This document shows, in pieces, positions 1 to 9,798 of a stretch of 64,000 nucleotides of DNA. The notes beneath the pieces were generated by a model. It saw only the letters and a program-made list of their open reading frames with translations. It searched no databases and was not told where the DNA came from. The position numbers and the translations under genes are program-made. Within the stretch, counting starts at the first letter, position 1, and every line of letters begins with the position of its first letter. This stretch comes from a virus (taxonomy: Duplodnaviria; Heunggongvirae; Uroviricota; Caudoviricetes), in IMG/VR virus record IMGVR_UViG_3300013137_000008. One strand, 5' to 3'.

Positions 1-765
1 CTCAGCGTCCGCTTGATATTCCTTAGTTCGCACCCAGTCTCCCATGCGGGTATCCAATAATTCGGATTCAATGGACGCATATGCGCTACTGATATCATAA
101 TCTGCGGAATTGGTAAATCCGCCTTTCCAGAAGCTCTCAACCCATCCACCATGAACACACTGGTAGGCTAAATGAGCGAGGTCAAGCTTCATATCAGCAG
201 GATAATCATCAGTAGTCGGTAAATCTATCCCCTTGGGTTTAGGATTGCCTTTCTCATCTGTCTTTCCAAGATAGACTTTTTCAAAGATACGTATAGGGCT
301 GGTTAAGACTTTAGCATCAATATCGAGTTTCTTGGCTACTGATTGACATTTTTCAGCATAATCAGCGGCTTCTTTGGCCTTTGCCATACATTCGTCAAGT
401 GAGGGGTTTTCAGTAAATATGAGTTGGTTGTTGTATTGTGCCATGTCTGAAAACATTATCAGTGGGGCTTTGAAATAGTTTCCACTACGCACACTCAAAA
501 ACTTATTGGGGATATATTTGATGGCATAGATGTTGCCACGCAAATCACCTGTATCTAGTAGTATCTTTGCTTGCTCTTCTTTAAGGTTGAAAATGTTGCC
601 GACTAATATTGCTGTCAGATAGTCTAAGTGCCATGCAACACACAAATAATCTGGGTATCTATATTTCAAAAGTAGATCAAGATGCGATTTACGGTTATCC
701 CCGACTACATGTTCCCCTGTTGAACAGGCTGTGATACCTTTGGATAAATGGAAACCTACTATCAT
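1..765 (-). CDS. Hypothetical protein, 3' part runs off window start (N-terminus MIVGFHLSKGITACSTGEHVVGDNRK...)
   Basis: Continuous minus-strand reading frame from ATG at 765 to position 1 with no stops; not in ORF track because it is truncated. ATGA overlap with upstream gene. No confident family assignment. Confidence 0.5.
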   Translation of the reverse strand, partial: MIVGFHLSKGITACSTGEHVVGDNRKSHLDLLLKYRYPDYLCVAWHLDYLTAILVGNIFNLKEEQAKILLDTGDLRGNIYAIKYIPNKFLSVRSGNYFKAPLIMFSDMAQYNNQLIFTENPSLDECMAKAKEAADYAEKCQSVAKKLDIDAKVLTSPIRIFEKVYLGKTDEKGNPKPKGIDLPTTDDYPADMKLDLAHLAYQCVHGGWVESFWKGGFTNSADYDISSAYASIESELLDTRMGDWVRTKEYQADAE

Positions 766-947
766 TTTACAGTTACCTTGATATAGCCAAAGGCAATCAT
801 TAATAAGATAACTACACGTATTGGTGCGTTTAACGGAGTCCATGGTGGGGTTATTAGCTTCCCTATCAATGACATAAAACGGAATCTTATGCTTTTGCGG
901 TTGAATGTGAATTTGTATTGCTCTCGTAGTCCGTAATAAAATGTCAT
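762..947 (-). CDS. Hypothetical small protein
   Basis: 61-aa ORF, translationally coupled in minus-strand array. Confidence 0.3.
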   Translation of the reverse strand: MTFYYGLREQYKFTFNRKSIRFRFMSLIGKLITPPWTPLNAPIRVVILLMIAFGYIKVTVK

Positions 948-1177
948 CTCTGCTTACCAGCTTTGCGTTTTGCGCTGTTTATTCTTCCTTGTTTACGTGC
1001 TTGGCAAACATTACAGTATAGGTTTCCGTCTATATTTGATTTCTTCCAATTAAAATAGTCTACCCATCGTTCTAATTTGCATACGGGGCATCGTGCGTAA
1101 ATATACAAGTTGCTTTTTCTTGCTTTTCCTATATCTCTGCCACGAGCGGTGTCCCCAAGGCTCATGAATATTTCCAA
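944..1177 (-). CDS. Small zinc-ribbon protein (CxxC-x19-CxxC)
   Basis: CPVC...CNVC pairs; basic C-terminus. Confidence 0.4.
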   Translation of the reverse strand: MEIFMSLGDTARGRDIGKARKSNLYIYARCPVCKLERWVDYFNWKKSNIDGNLYCNVCQARKQGRINSAKRKAGKQR

Positions 1178-1312
1178 TGAAAACTACTTGCATCCCACCA
1201 TGACTCGAAGAGGTTATCTCCATATTGGGCTTGTTCTGCATCATTCCAACCCCTGCTCTCGTCAATTGCTCTCATTAAAAGTTCGTGTTGCTCATCTATT
1301 TCATCACACATC

Positions 1313-1861
1313 TTAATACTCCAAGGTCTTATTCAAATCAATGTTGATATTGTGCCTGCTGGAAATGAAATCAGCTATGTGTAAGAGTTTGCCTAATTTC
1401 GTAGATGGTGGAAAGGGTAATCCGCCCCATCTGCCTGAGTGTTGCAAAATCGTATCTATTACTTGCGTGTCATGTCCACATTTTGGTAGAACAAGTAAGT
1501 TCTTTTCCCATAGACTCATTACGAGTTGAGGGTGTTCTGAAAGAGTGTGGTCTGATTTGCCCTCTACCCCATATTTACAAATATCATGTAAGGAAGCGGC
1601 TGAAATTAGAATATCTCTTTCGATATCGCTTAAATCATCCATTCTAACCAATTGTTCTGCTACTGTAATTACTCTAAGTGTGTGAATTACCTGCCCTTCT
1701 TTACCGTTTTCATCTTCTTTGTGATATTTGCCAGTAGAAGATGACGGCCTATCCCAAAAGGCTTGTGGAGCGTGAGCCATCATAGCCATTGTCCATGAAC
1801 GTAGACTGTTATCATATATTGACCCCATGGTCTCGCAGAGTTGGGTTAATGGAATTTGCAT
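1313..1861 (-). CDS. HD-domain phosphohydrolase
   Basis: H...LHDICKYG (HD motif) and a later conserved Asp in LLHIADF; 182 aa. Confidence 0.65.
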   Translation of the reverse strand: MQIPLTQLCETMGSIYDNSLRSWTMAMMAHAPQAFWDRPSSSTGKYHKEDENGKEGQVIHTLRVITVAEQLVRMDDLSDIERDILISAASLHDICKYGVEGKSDHTLSEHPQLVMSLWEKNLLVLPKCGHDTQVIDTILQHSGRWGGLPFPPSTKLGKLLHIADFISSRHNINIDLNKTLEY

Positions 1862-1864
1862 CTA

Positions 1865-2107
1865 TTAATAGCCCATCCTTCTCGATATATATCCCTGTTC
1901 ACATGTCTGTTTCCATACCTTAAATGCGTTTTGCTTGATACAATAGTCTTTGATTTCATTAGTAGTTAGAAATGGATAGGCATCAATGTACGATAGCAAG
2001 CTATGCATATCATCCTGAATGTCCTTCCTGCTCAGTATACGCTTACCTAAAGATGTTATTTGATATAAATCTGGGAATTGCGTTAGTTCCATTTCGTCAC
2101 TCTCCAT
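1865..2107 (-). CDS. Hypothetical protein
   Basis: 80-aa ORF in gene array. Confidence 0.35.
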   Translation of the reverse strand: MESDEMELTQFPDLYQITSLGKRILSRKDIQDDMHSLLSYIDAYPFLTTNEIKDYCIKQNAFKVWKQTCEQGYISRRMGY

Positions 2108-2133
2108 GTCTTAAAATCCGATTCACTATATTT

Positions 2134-2400
2134 CTATTTCCACTCAGTCGTAAGATCAATTCCGAAGTTATCTTTTAAAAATATGCCCATGTCAGCAAAT
2201 GAAATCTCAAATTGCTCTTTATCAGGGTTATAAGTTGCAATTGATTTTAGCAGGTAAATACGTTCTTTAAGGAGCTTGGCAATATCTTTCATCATATATC
2301 CCCAACAACCCTGCTGGTCTGTGTTACTACATTCAATGCAATGTTGATGGGAGAAGCAATCTTTAACTAGTGACTTGAATATTTCTTGTTGTATGTTCAT
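2134..2400 (-). CDS. Hypothetical protein
   Basis: 88-aa ORF. Confidence 0.35.
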   Translation of the reverse strand: MNIQQEIFKSLVKDCFSHQHCIECSNTDQQGCWGYMMKDIAKLLKERIYLLKSIATYNPDKEQFEISFADMGIFLKDNFGIDLTTEWK

Positions 2401-2415
2401 ATTCTCTCCAACACA

Positions 2416-2655
2416 TTATCCGCAATTAGCACACTGAGCCTCTCCAGGTCGCACTACTGACATTGATTTTTCCCCACATTCAGGACACCAAGCAGACCAA
2501 ACAGAGCCAAAACCATCATCTATAGTGGAGTCGTCCTTAGGTTCTTTAAAATTACAACATTTGGGGCAAATACAATCACCCATGAAATCAAATGCCCCCT
2601 TTGCTCCACAGATATCACAAACTAAATCATCTTCAAGGTCTATATCTCTACTCAT
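2416..2655 (-). CDS. Cys-rich zinc-ribbon protein
   Basis: Four CxxC pairs (CDIC, CPKCC, CPEC, CANC) in 79 aa. Confidence 0.45.
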   Translation of the reverse strand: MSRDIDLEDDLVCDICGAKGAFDFMGDCICPKCCNFKEPKDDSTIDDGFGSVWSAWCPECGEKSMSVVRPGEAQCANCG

Positions 2656-2718
2656 ATAAATAGCCTCCTCATAACCTACTTAGGATAACATATTGAACAA
2701 GAAATGTCAAATGAAGCG

Positions 2719-3879
2719 TTAACCTTTATATCTATTCCCATATTTAACTTTCATAAGAGCTTGGAAATGTACTGTCCAAAAGTCACGATTCATGTTAACC
2801 TTAGCATTACAACTTCGGCATAACGTGATGTGATTTATAGGTTCATTATGCTTTTTATTGTAATCTATATGGTGGACTGCTAATGTTACTTGCTCCTTAT
2901 TTCTAAAACATAATTGGCAAGTAAATCCGTCACGTTCCTTAATCCGATTCTTGACTTCCATTGTCCATTCAAGCCCATATTCCTCAAAACTAATTCCACC
3001 CATCCATCGAGGGTGTTTTTCTTTTGCTTGTAGTCCTTTATGTACTCTACTTAAATGAGCACGTTGTTCAGCAGTCCAGTTATGACCAGAGGCGGAATGT
3101 CCATGTATGGCTACCCACGCATCCATTCGTTTTCGCCACGCTGCTATCATTTCTGGGGTACGCTTCTTGCCCTTGTTCCCTATCGAGATGTTCGCTCTTT
3201 TGGAGTCATATTCAGGTGTGCCTTTCTGATTGTGTGGCAATGCTTTTATTTTAGCTATTAAATCTGGATTTTCAAATGCTTTTTTGATAGAAATGCTTTG
3301 TTTTGCACGATGTTCAGGAGAATTCTTTTGTCCGCGTCTACCAGGGTCGTTTTCATTAATTTTACGTTTTGCTTCATCTGTATGATGCTTTCCATAAAAG
3401 TGGTTATTCATGCCAATCTTAGAGCAATGGAAACAACGCGGTGACTCAACCTCTTTTTTCTTGACTATGTATTTAACCCATCTTTCCTCGCCACAATCTT
3501 GGCAAGCCCACCATATATAACGTGTCCATGGATGTTTCCCAATGTATTCGCCAAGCGTGAAGTCTCCAATCTTTCGAGGCGATGATAAATCACATAGATT
3601 GTGTACAATTGTAGGGGATGAACATTTACGGCAGTATTCGGTCGTTGGTCTTTTTTCTCTTACAATATAGGGTATCCATCTTTCTTCATGGCAATCTTTA
3701 CATGCCCACCAAATATAGCGAGTTGCATGTTGTTTTCCAATATATTGTCCATATACCATATCCCCTATTTGGGGATGGTCAGGGACTTTAGAGAAATCTT
3801 CTTTTTTCAATCCCGCTTCCAGAACAATAAATACAACTTTGGTTTTGCCCGTATACGTTGCGTAATTTGCCAGTACCAT
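2719..3879 (-). CDS. HNH homing-endonuclease-like protein with duplicated zinc-finger modules and NUMOD3-like basic repeats
   Basis: C-terminal HHIDYNKKHNEPINHITLCRSCNAKVN = HNH motif. Two repeats of YIGK..TRYIWWAC.DC.EERW. Lys/Arg-rich repeats resemble NUMOD3. True start may be the internal Met at 3759. Confidence 0.75.
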   Translation of the reverse strand: MVLANYATYTGKTKVVFIVLEAGLKKEDFSKVPDHPQIGDMVYGQYIGKQHATRYIWWACKDCHEERWIPYIVREKRPTTEYCRKCSSPTIVHNLCDLSSPRKIGDFTLGEYIGKHPWTRYIWWACQDCGEERWVKYIVKKKEVESPRCFHCSKIGMNNHFYGKHHTDEAKRKINENDPGRRGQKNSPEHRAKQSISIKKAFENPDLIAKIKALPHNQKGTPEYDSKRANISIGNKGKKRTPEMIAAWRKRMDAWVAIHGHSASGHNWTAEQRAHLSRVHKGLQAKEKHPRWMGGISFEEYGLEWTMEVKNRIKERDGFTCQLCFRNKEQVTLAVHHIDYNKKHNEPINHITLCRSCNAKVNMNRDFWTVHFQALMKVKYGNRYKG

Positions 3880-4339
3880 TGCAGTGGCTACATATTCGAG
3901 TCATTGACTTAGGGGCATATCTTGATTTTAGTTTAGGGCCATATTTGCCAAGTGTTTTTCCAATAAGTGATTTAGCTGTAATTGCTTTTTGGAATGTCTC
4001 TTTAGATGTGATTTTGTCATGGGGCCGATAGCTTTGCTTCAAAAATAACCAAAAACTTCGCTTGTAATGTCTGCCTTTTTTCTTTATATAGAATTGTTCA
4101 AGAACTCGTTTGCCTTCCTTATACGTAAGGCCACTCCCACCCAATGCTTTGGGTTTGAGCGCATTTTCCCACCAGTCACGTCTTGATTGGAGAGCATGAG
4201 CGAATGTCTCTGATTGGGTAATAAGGTCAATGTTCTGGGGGTTGCCGCTTGGCGTCACAGCTTCGCTTAATTGACGCAGTTCTGATGGCAAAAAACCTGC
4301 GCTTCTCATTTGATCGGCTATTTCTTTTCTAAGTGCCAT
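3788..4339 (-). CDS. Basic protein with C-terminal DnaJ-type zinc finger (CxxCxGxG x2)
   Basis: CSHCNGTGK...CIYCSGSGI at the C-terminus. Confidence 0.45.
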   Translation of the reverse strand: MALRKEIADQMRSAGFLPSELRQLSEAVTPSGNPQNIDLITQSETFAHALQSRRDWWENALKPKALGGSGLTYKEGKRVLEQFYIKKKGRHYKRSFWLFLKQSYRPHDKITSKETFQKAITAKSLIGKTLGKYGPKLKSRYAPKSMTRICSHCNGTGKLRNVYGQNQSCIYCSGSGIEKRRFL

Positions 4340-4340
4340 T

Positions 4341-4565
4341 CTATTCGTTCCTAATCATGCCGCTTTCTATTACTCGTTCATAGGATTGGATATTCGCCTG
4401 TCCCGTTTTACAATGGGGGGATAGGCAGGTTGAAAAGCTTGTAAGGATGCCGTTCTTTGAATATGTTTTGAATCCACCACTAAACATTCTCAGTATTTCT
4501 GGTGCGTAGAGTTTGACAGGTGTAAGGTGACAGTCACAGTCGGGGCACTCCCCATTTTTCCCCAT
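4341..4565 (-). CDS. Small Cys-rich protein
   Basis: CPDCDCH...C..HC motifs in 74 aa. Confidence 0.35.
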   Translation of the reverse strand: MGKNGECPDCDCHLTPVKLYAPEILRMFSGGFKTYSKNGILTSFSTCLSPHCKTGQANIQSYERVIESGMIRNE

Positions 4566-4577
4566 CGGTTCCTCCTA

Positions 4578-5066
4578 TCAAAGTAGATTTTGTTGTTCTT
4601 CTATCTTTGATAATAACGGAACATCAGTGGGTTTTTCAAGTATTTCGTCCTCTTTTGTCGCTAAATCGGGTTTTTCAAATTCAACTTCCCATTCAAGGTT
4701 TGATTTTATTCCACACTTGGGGCATTTATAGGAAACTATGTTTTTATGGAGTGTTTGTTTCATCCGTACATGGCATTTGTGACAGTCGATGTTGTATTCT
4801 AAGTATCTGTGTTCAAGTGTGGGGCTTGTGGACAATTCAGCGATGGGGACTACGTAGACTTTTGTCCCACTTGCAAGTTCTGTGTGGTATTTTACGATGT
4901 CTACTTTTCTCATAAATAAGGGATCAGGATAGAGACGTAGCCCTTCCTTTGTCTTATAAGTGATGTTGATTTCGACTATAGCCCCCTCTAATTTGAGTCG
5001 GTATTCGGCTATGCCGATTTTACGTTCACCTTTGCCCTCAAACAAAGGTTTATATATTTCAATCAT
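4578..5066 (-). CDS. Zinc-ribbon protein
   Basis: CHKCH...CPKCG pairs in 162 aa. Confidence 0.45.
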   Translation of the reverse strand: MIEIYKPLFEGKGERKIGIAEYRLKLEGAIVEINITYKTKEGLRLYPDPLFMRKVDIVKYHTELASGTKVYVVPIAELSTSPTLEHRYLEYNIDCHKCHVRMKQTLHKNIVSYKCPKCGIKSNLEWEVEFEKPDLATKEDEILEKPTDVPLLSKIEEQQNLL

Positions 5067-5221
5067 TGTCCAATAGTCCCGATTCGCACAGCTCTTTCCA
5101 AAATTGGACGGCTTTTAAAAGCACAAGCATATGCTTTGCCCATGCATTGTTCTCAATAGCGCAAGAATTGAGTGCCTCTATGATTAAAAATATGTTCATT
5201 TGAACTCTCATATAAGTGTGG

Positions 5222-5530
5222 TCAACTGACAATAGCTTTCCCCTTGCTTGTTACTGAATCGCATTTTGCGCAGTAATAGTATCCTGGCATATCGCCTATA
5301 GGTTCTATTCCTGAGCCACATTTGTTGCAACCACCACTACTTGTTTTTACGTTATCTGTGGTTTCTGTTCTGGTTCTTGGTTTGGGGACATATGTTACCC
5401 TTGCTCTGATTGGTTGAGTTTTTTCAGTACGCAGGGATTTTAGCTCCTCAATAATTTTGGAGCGGATAGTAGTGTTGCCTATGCAAAATCCTATTATCAT
5501 ACTGATAAGGGCTATGACTATGTATTCCAT
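5222..5530 (-). CDS. Membrane-anchored zinc-ribbon protein
   Basis: N-terminal TM helix (VIALISMIIGFCIG); CNKCGSG...CAKC at the C-terminus. Confidence 0.45.
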   Translation of the reverse strand: MEYIVIALISMIIGFCIGNTTIRSKIIEELKSLRTEKTQPIRARVTYVPKPRTRTETTDNVKTSSGGCNKCGSGIEPIGDMPGYYYCAKCDSVTSKGKAIVS

Positions 5531-5917
5531 TTAGTCTTCCTCTTGCTCAGTATCGGTTGGCTCAAATATTTCAGGCGTTTCATTGGGTTTGTTTGAGAAT
5601 AGGAATATGACCTTCTGTGCTGTGATTTCGTAAGAGCGGTGCTTTACTCCGTCTTTCTCATAGGCTTGGGAATGGATTGAACCTTCAACATACACCGTCC
5701 TGCCTTTGGAGAGGAACTGGTTGCAGATTGTAGCTAGTTTATCCCAAGTCCTAATCCTGAACCATTCGGTACGTTTATGTGAGGTTCCTTGTGCGTCTAC
5801 ATAGGCTTCATTGACTGCCAGCGAAAATTCCACTACGGGCGTACCGTTGCCCGTCATTCTCATTTCAGGGTCTGAACCAAGATTGCCGATCAATATGATT
5901 TTGTTGAGACTAATCAC
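5531..5917 (-). CDS. ssb: Single-stranded DNA-binding protein (bacterial SSB type)
   Basis: OB-fold pattern LIGNLGSDPEMR...VEFSLAVNE...TEWFRIRTW...YVEGS with an acidic C-terminal tail (DTEQEED). Confidence 0.85.
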   Translation of the reverse strand: MISLNKIILIGNLGSDPEMRMTGNGTPVVEFSLAVNEAYVDAQGTSHKRTEWFRIRTWDKLATICNQFLSKGRTVYVEGSIHSQAYEKDGVKHRSYEITAQKVIFLFSNKPNETPEIFEPTDTEQEED

Positions 5918-6243
5918 TATCCCATCCTCCGTATCCGTATAATCAAATCCTGTGCATATTTTGAGGCATCTCTATCCATGTCTGTCAGTACACTTTTCTC
6001 GTTTATATAGCATTGGGCGTTGATTAAAAGAAAAAGCAAGAGTTTTAGGTTAGTGATAGTAAGTCTACTTGATTTGTCCATATTTTGCAGTCTCCTCATC
6101 CAAGATACCTTGGATTATACTTAGTGGGATATAGAAGTCTCCATCTTTTAACTGGTGGCTTTTACGGTTGTTCAAGAACATTATCAGCAGTTCTTGTCTG
6201 CCAAATAGCCGTCCTTGTTCAAATTCTGATATTGTTCCTTGTC

Positions 6244-6639
6244 TCATTTTTCCTCCAATGATTCTATTATAATTCGTGTCTGCTTCCTTTGTCCTACTCG
6301 TAATTCTCCCCTGCCTACCCATAGGCTCCACCCACTGTCAGAAAGGATAACACCGGCATCTTTCAACCCATCAAGCCACGCACCTGCTGCCGGTATAAGT
6401 CCTTTTTCTAAGTCTCTGATTCGTTTATCATCTGAATAGAATTCATAGTGTATCCTCGCCATTTGCGGGGCTTCCCAATAATCGCATTTTGATAAAGCGT
6501 CCTTTGCGATATAAAATGCTTCCTCTCTTGCCTCTGCTACAAGTTTTGACCGTTCCATGTGGTGGAGTTTATTTCTACCATTCATGGAAAGTCGCATGTC
6601 CGGCAATGAGGGGAAAACAATCGTTAAATTGAAGTTCAT
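6244..6639 (-). CDS. rusA: RusA-like Holliday-junction resolvase
   Basis: IRDLEKGLIPAAGAWLDGLKDAGVILSDS aligns with the RusA [26 protein letters not shown] core. Confidence 0.6.
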   Translation of the reverse strand: MNFNLTIVFPSLPDMRLSMNGRNKLHHMERSKLVAEAREEAFYIAKDALSKCDYWEAPQMARIHYEFYSDDKRIRDLEKGLIPAAGAWLDGLKDAGVILSDSGWSLWVGRGELRVGQRKQTRIIIESLEEK

Positions 6640-6902
6640 ACTTTATTTCCCATCATTCGTGAGAGTTCAAGTTCTTCTTCTTGTATTATCCAATCCCGTT
6701 TATATCTCTTTGGGTCTTCATAGCAATCATTCCCTGTGTTATAGTATGGGCTTAATTCTATCGTGTAAAACCATTTACCACATAACTCGCAACAATCAAG
6801 TGTAGAGTATATGCCAATGAGTATATAATGTTTACATCTTGGGCATATGACTTCTTTGAATTTATCCCAATATACTCCATTCCAAAACTTGACCTCGCTC
6901 AT
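6636..6902 (-). CDS. Cys-rich small protein
   Basis: CPRC...CCELCGK motifs; coupled to the dnaB stop. Confidence 0.4.
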   Translation of the reverse strand: MSEVKFWNGVYWDKFKEVICPRCKHYILIGIYSTLDCCELCGKWFYTIELSPYYNTGNDCYEDPKRYKRDWIIQEEELELSRMMGNKV

Positions 6903-8278
6903 TTAAACGCCTCTGGGGTTTCAATTGGTCTGTGTGAGAGTTGAGGCATACGCCCTATTTCTCTATAGCGTGAGAACGTGTCATCCCAACTGAGTTTGAG
7001 TGTGAAATTTGATTTTCCTTGACGTTGCTTTGCTACTATGAATTCGGCCTCGCCCTTATTAGTGGTACTTGTATCGTAGTAATCATCTCTGTAAAGGAAG
7101 TATACAGCGTCAGCATCTTCTTCGAGAGAGCCGGAATCCCGCAACTCTGATAGTTCAGGTCGCTTGTCAGCTTTGCGCTCTGCTTCACGATTAATCTGTG
7201 CGACTGCTATCAAAGGTACTTCAAGGGAATTCGCCATCACTTTTAGCCTACGTGAAATGTGGCGTATCTGATCTGCCCGTGACTTGCGCTCATCACCAGA
7301 GATTGGGTCTAATAGTCCAATGTAGTCAATGACGATCAACCCAAGCCCATAAGAGAGCTTCATGTGACGTGCCATTGTACCAATTAAAGTCGAGGTCACT
7401 ATTGGGGTATCAACTATGTCATTGTTGATGGCAAGTAGGTATATTCCACTTTCATGGACTACAGGGAGGGCATGGGAGAATATATCATCTGCTAATCTCT
7501 CTGAATATCCACCTGTGCGTATCTGTCGAATGGGTACTCCTGTTTCAGATGCCACGATACGGTCAAGAATTTGCTTGAAGTGCATTTCTACGGGACAGAA
7601 AAGCACAGGGGCAAATCTTCCTGCTTCCATGGCAATCTGGAGAGCGACTTGGGACTTGCCCAATCCTGCCCTTGCTGCCAAAATGATATAGTCACCTGGG
7701 AATAATCCTCCCGTGTGGTAGTCCAATTCTTCGTATCCGGTTGAAATTGATACTCGGTGTTGCGGATTTTTTAGTTTATCGTAGTGGCTAAATCCTAACT
7801 CTGCCAATTGATTAGGGGTGATTAGATGAGGGGTTGCCATCTCTGCTTGAATGGTCATTAACATCTGGTCAGTTTTTGACAGGCAAACGGCAGGATCAGT
7901 TTCTTCAATCGCCAAGTTCTCTATTTGTCCAGCAGCAGAAATCAATCTCCGCCTGATAGATGTGGATTTGACAATACGGGCGTAATACTCTGCATGTAAT
8001 GATGTAGGCACTTGGGAAATTAGTTCACTTAAATATGATACGCCGCCAATCTCATTGATTTTCTTCATGCCGTGTACTTCTTGTGCCACAGTGATTTGGT
8101 CTATGCCTTCACCCCTGTTGTAAAGTTGAAGCATGGCTGTATAGATTACTTGGTGTGCCTCAATAAAGAAATCTGCAACCTTGAGGACATTAGAGACTGC
8201 CACCATCGCCTCTTGGTCTATGAGTATTGATCCGAGCGTGTTTATCTCGGCATCGTTATTTCGGGGAATTTCTTTCAT
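6899..8278 (-). CDS. dnaB: Replicative DNA helicase, DnaB family
   Basis: N-terminal DnaB domain; Walker A ARAGLGKS; RecA-like C-terminus with GGLFPGDYIILAARAG...; 459 aa. Confidence 0.9.
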   Translation of the reverse strand: MKEIPRNNDAEINTLGSILIDQEAMVAVSNVLKVADFFIEAHQVIYTAMLQLYNRGEGIDQITVAQEVHGMKKINEIGGVSYLSELISQVPTSLHAEYYARIVKSTSIRRRLISAAGQIENLAIEETDPAVCLSKTDQMLMTIQAEMATPHLITPNQLAELGFSHYDKLKNPQHRVSISTGYEELDYHTGGLFPGDYIILAARAGLGKSQVALQIAMEAGRFAPVLFCPVEMHFKQILDRIVASETGVPIRQIRTGGYSERLADDIFSHALPVVHESGIYLLAINNDIVDTPIVTSTLIGTMARHMKLSYGLGLIVIDYIGLLDPISGDERKSRADQIRHISRRLKVMANSLEVPLIAVAQINREAERKADKRPELSELRDSGSLEEDADAVYFLYRDDYYDTSTTNKGEAEFIVAKQRQGKSNFTLKLSWDDTFSRYREIGRMPQLSHRPIETPEAFK

Positions 8279-8435
8279 ATCTTTTTGATTACATTGATAC
8301 TAATCTTGAGGTCAGTCCCTTCTATTGGGACAAAACCTTTGGTTGTAAAGACAATCTGTGATTTACCTGAATGTGAGCGTTTCCCCTTTTCTATGGGTAG
8401 ATTGATAGTCAATTCATCATTATTTAATTCTGTTT

Positions 8436-8714
8436 TCATTTGCTTTCCTTCCCGTTTTCGTCTGTCATATAATGTATATTCCCTCCATCTATAGTAAACA
8501 TACAGTTTTCAAAACAGATTCCATCTTTTGGGAGTTTAACAATAAGGTCAGCATTGTAAACATTAAGGTCAATGTCTCTTATGTAATTAGCGTGGAATGA
8601 TATCTCTGTATATGACCTTGATATTCTTGGTAGAAGAGTAACTGTAAATATGTACTGGCATCCAGTTAATAGTAATAATGTGATTATTGCAAATATATAA
8701 TCTGTTGGTTTCAT
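8436..8714 (-). CDS. Putative lipoprotein
   Basis: Signal peptide with lipobox LLTGC. Confidence 0.45.
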   Translation of the reverse strand: MKPTDYIFAIITLLLLTGCQYIFTVTLLPRISRSYTEISFHANYIRDIDLNVYNADLIVKLPKDGICFENCMFTIDGGNIHYMTDENGKESK

Positions 8715-8715
8715 T

Positions 8716-9174
8716 CTATGCTCCGAATGTTTTAATTATTGCTGGCAGATAGCCAAATGAATAGCCCTCTACTAAGATTTTATAGGCGTAATATCCTATG
8801 GCACAGGCTATGGCTATGAAGATTACTAAGTAAATTAATCTCTTGCCATCTTTCTTCTTGGGCTTGGGTATTTTCTTATCTGCTACTAATTCATCCTCAG
8901 TCGGCCCATATACCTGCTCATAGGGTTGGGGTGGTATCTTCGATTTGGGCGGGGGTTGTTTTAACTGCTCAGTGAACTTTTGCCCTTCACGTTCTTCTTT
9001 TCTCATTTGATTTAAGTCAAGGCGTACTATCTTACGGAATACCCACTCGTTGAAATCATCCTGAGAGAGTTCATCAGGTTCGTTATTTTGGGGCGTGGGT
9101 TGATTAAACTGCTGAAAATTAGGCATCTCAGGTCGTTTAACTCTATCTTTTGGTGGTTGCGGTTGCTGTTGCAT
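8716..9174 (-). CDS. Pro/Gln-rich protein with C-terminal TM anchor
   Basis: PQPPK/PPQP low complexity; C-terminal hydrophobic helix. Confidence 0.45.
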   Translation of the reverse strand: MQQQPQPPKDRVKRPEMPNFQQFNQPTPQNNEPDELSQDDFNEWVFRKIVRLDLNQMRKEEREGQKFTEQLKQPPPKSKIPPQPYEQVYGPTEDELVADKKIPKPKKKDGKRLIYLVIFIAIACAIGYYAYKILVEGYSFGYLPAIIKTFGA

Positions 9175-9392
9175 CAGACTTTACCCTCCAATATCAACCG
9201 TTCTACTTCTTCAACTGGTATATAGTAATGTGTGTTGATGCGGTTTGCCTTTATTTTACCACGCCGTATCCAGTTTAGGACAGTGTTGCGGTGGACTCCC
9301 ATCCGCTTTTTTACGTCACTGAGCTTTAAATATTCCTGCTGCTCCATTATCAAATCTCCTAATCCCAAGTGCGGTGTTTTTCTGCTACCCAT
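9174..9392 (-). CDS. HTH_17 (Xis/AlpA/MerR-like) DNA-binding protein
   Basis: LSDVKKRMGVHRNTVLNWIRRGKIKA helix-turn-helix. Confidence 0.65.
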   Translation of the reverse strand: MGSRKTPHLGLGDLIMEQQEYLKLSDVKKRMGVHRNTVLNWIRRGKIKANRINTHYYIPVEEVERLILEGKV

Positions 9393-9787
9393 TCATTGCC
9401 ATCATATTCCTTTATTTCCCATTGAATATCATCAGGAATAGAAACAATCTTAAGATCAGCATGTTTGCCGTTTGCCCGTTTCTTTAAACGAGTTATCACT
9501 TTTATCAAGATAGGGTCATTGCGTTTTAAATCATGGTCAAGCCAATAAATGCTTTTCTTAGACTTAGCTTGTTTCATCTCGTATTCAGTGTTGTCTTTAA
9601 CGGGAACGGTGCAGTAATGAACCAAAATGTAAGGGCTATCTAATGTCGCACGTTCCTTGTAAATGGACTTGGATATATCATCTATCCATGAATATAGCTT
9701 GATACCCTTTAACTTGGCATAGAGTTGTATGCCCTCATGACTTAATCCAAAACCCCCAAAACAAGTATTAATTACTATCTGTTGCAT
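9359..9787 (-). CDS. Hypothetical protein
   Basis: 142-aa ORF. Confidence 0.4.
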   Translation of the reverse strand: MQQIVINTCFGGFGLSHEGIQLYAKLKGIKLYSWIDDISKSIYKERATLDSPYILVHYCTVPVKDNTEYEMKQAKSKKSIYWLDHDLKRNDPILIKVITRLKKRANGKHADLKIVSIPDDIQWEIKEYDGNEWVAEKHRTWD

Positions 9788-9798
9788 TTTGAATCTCC

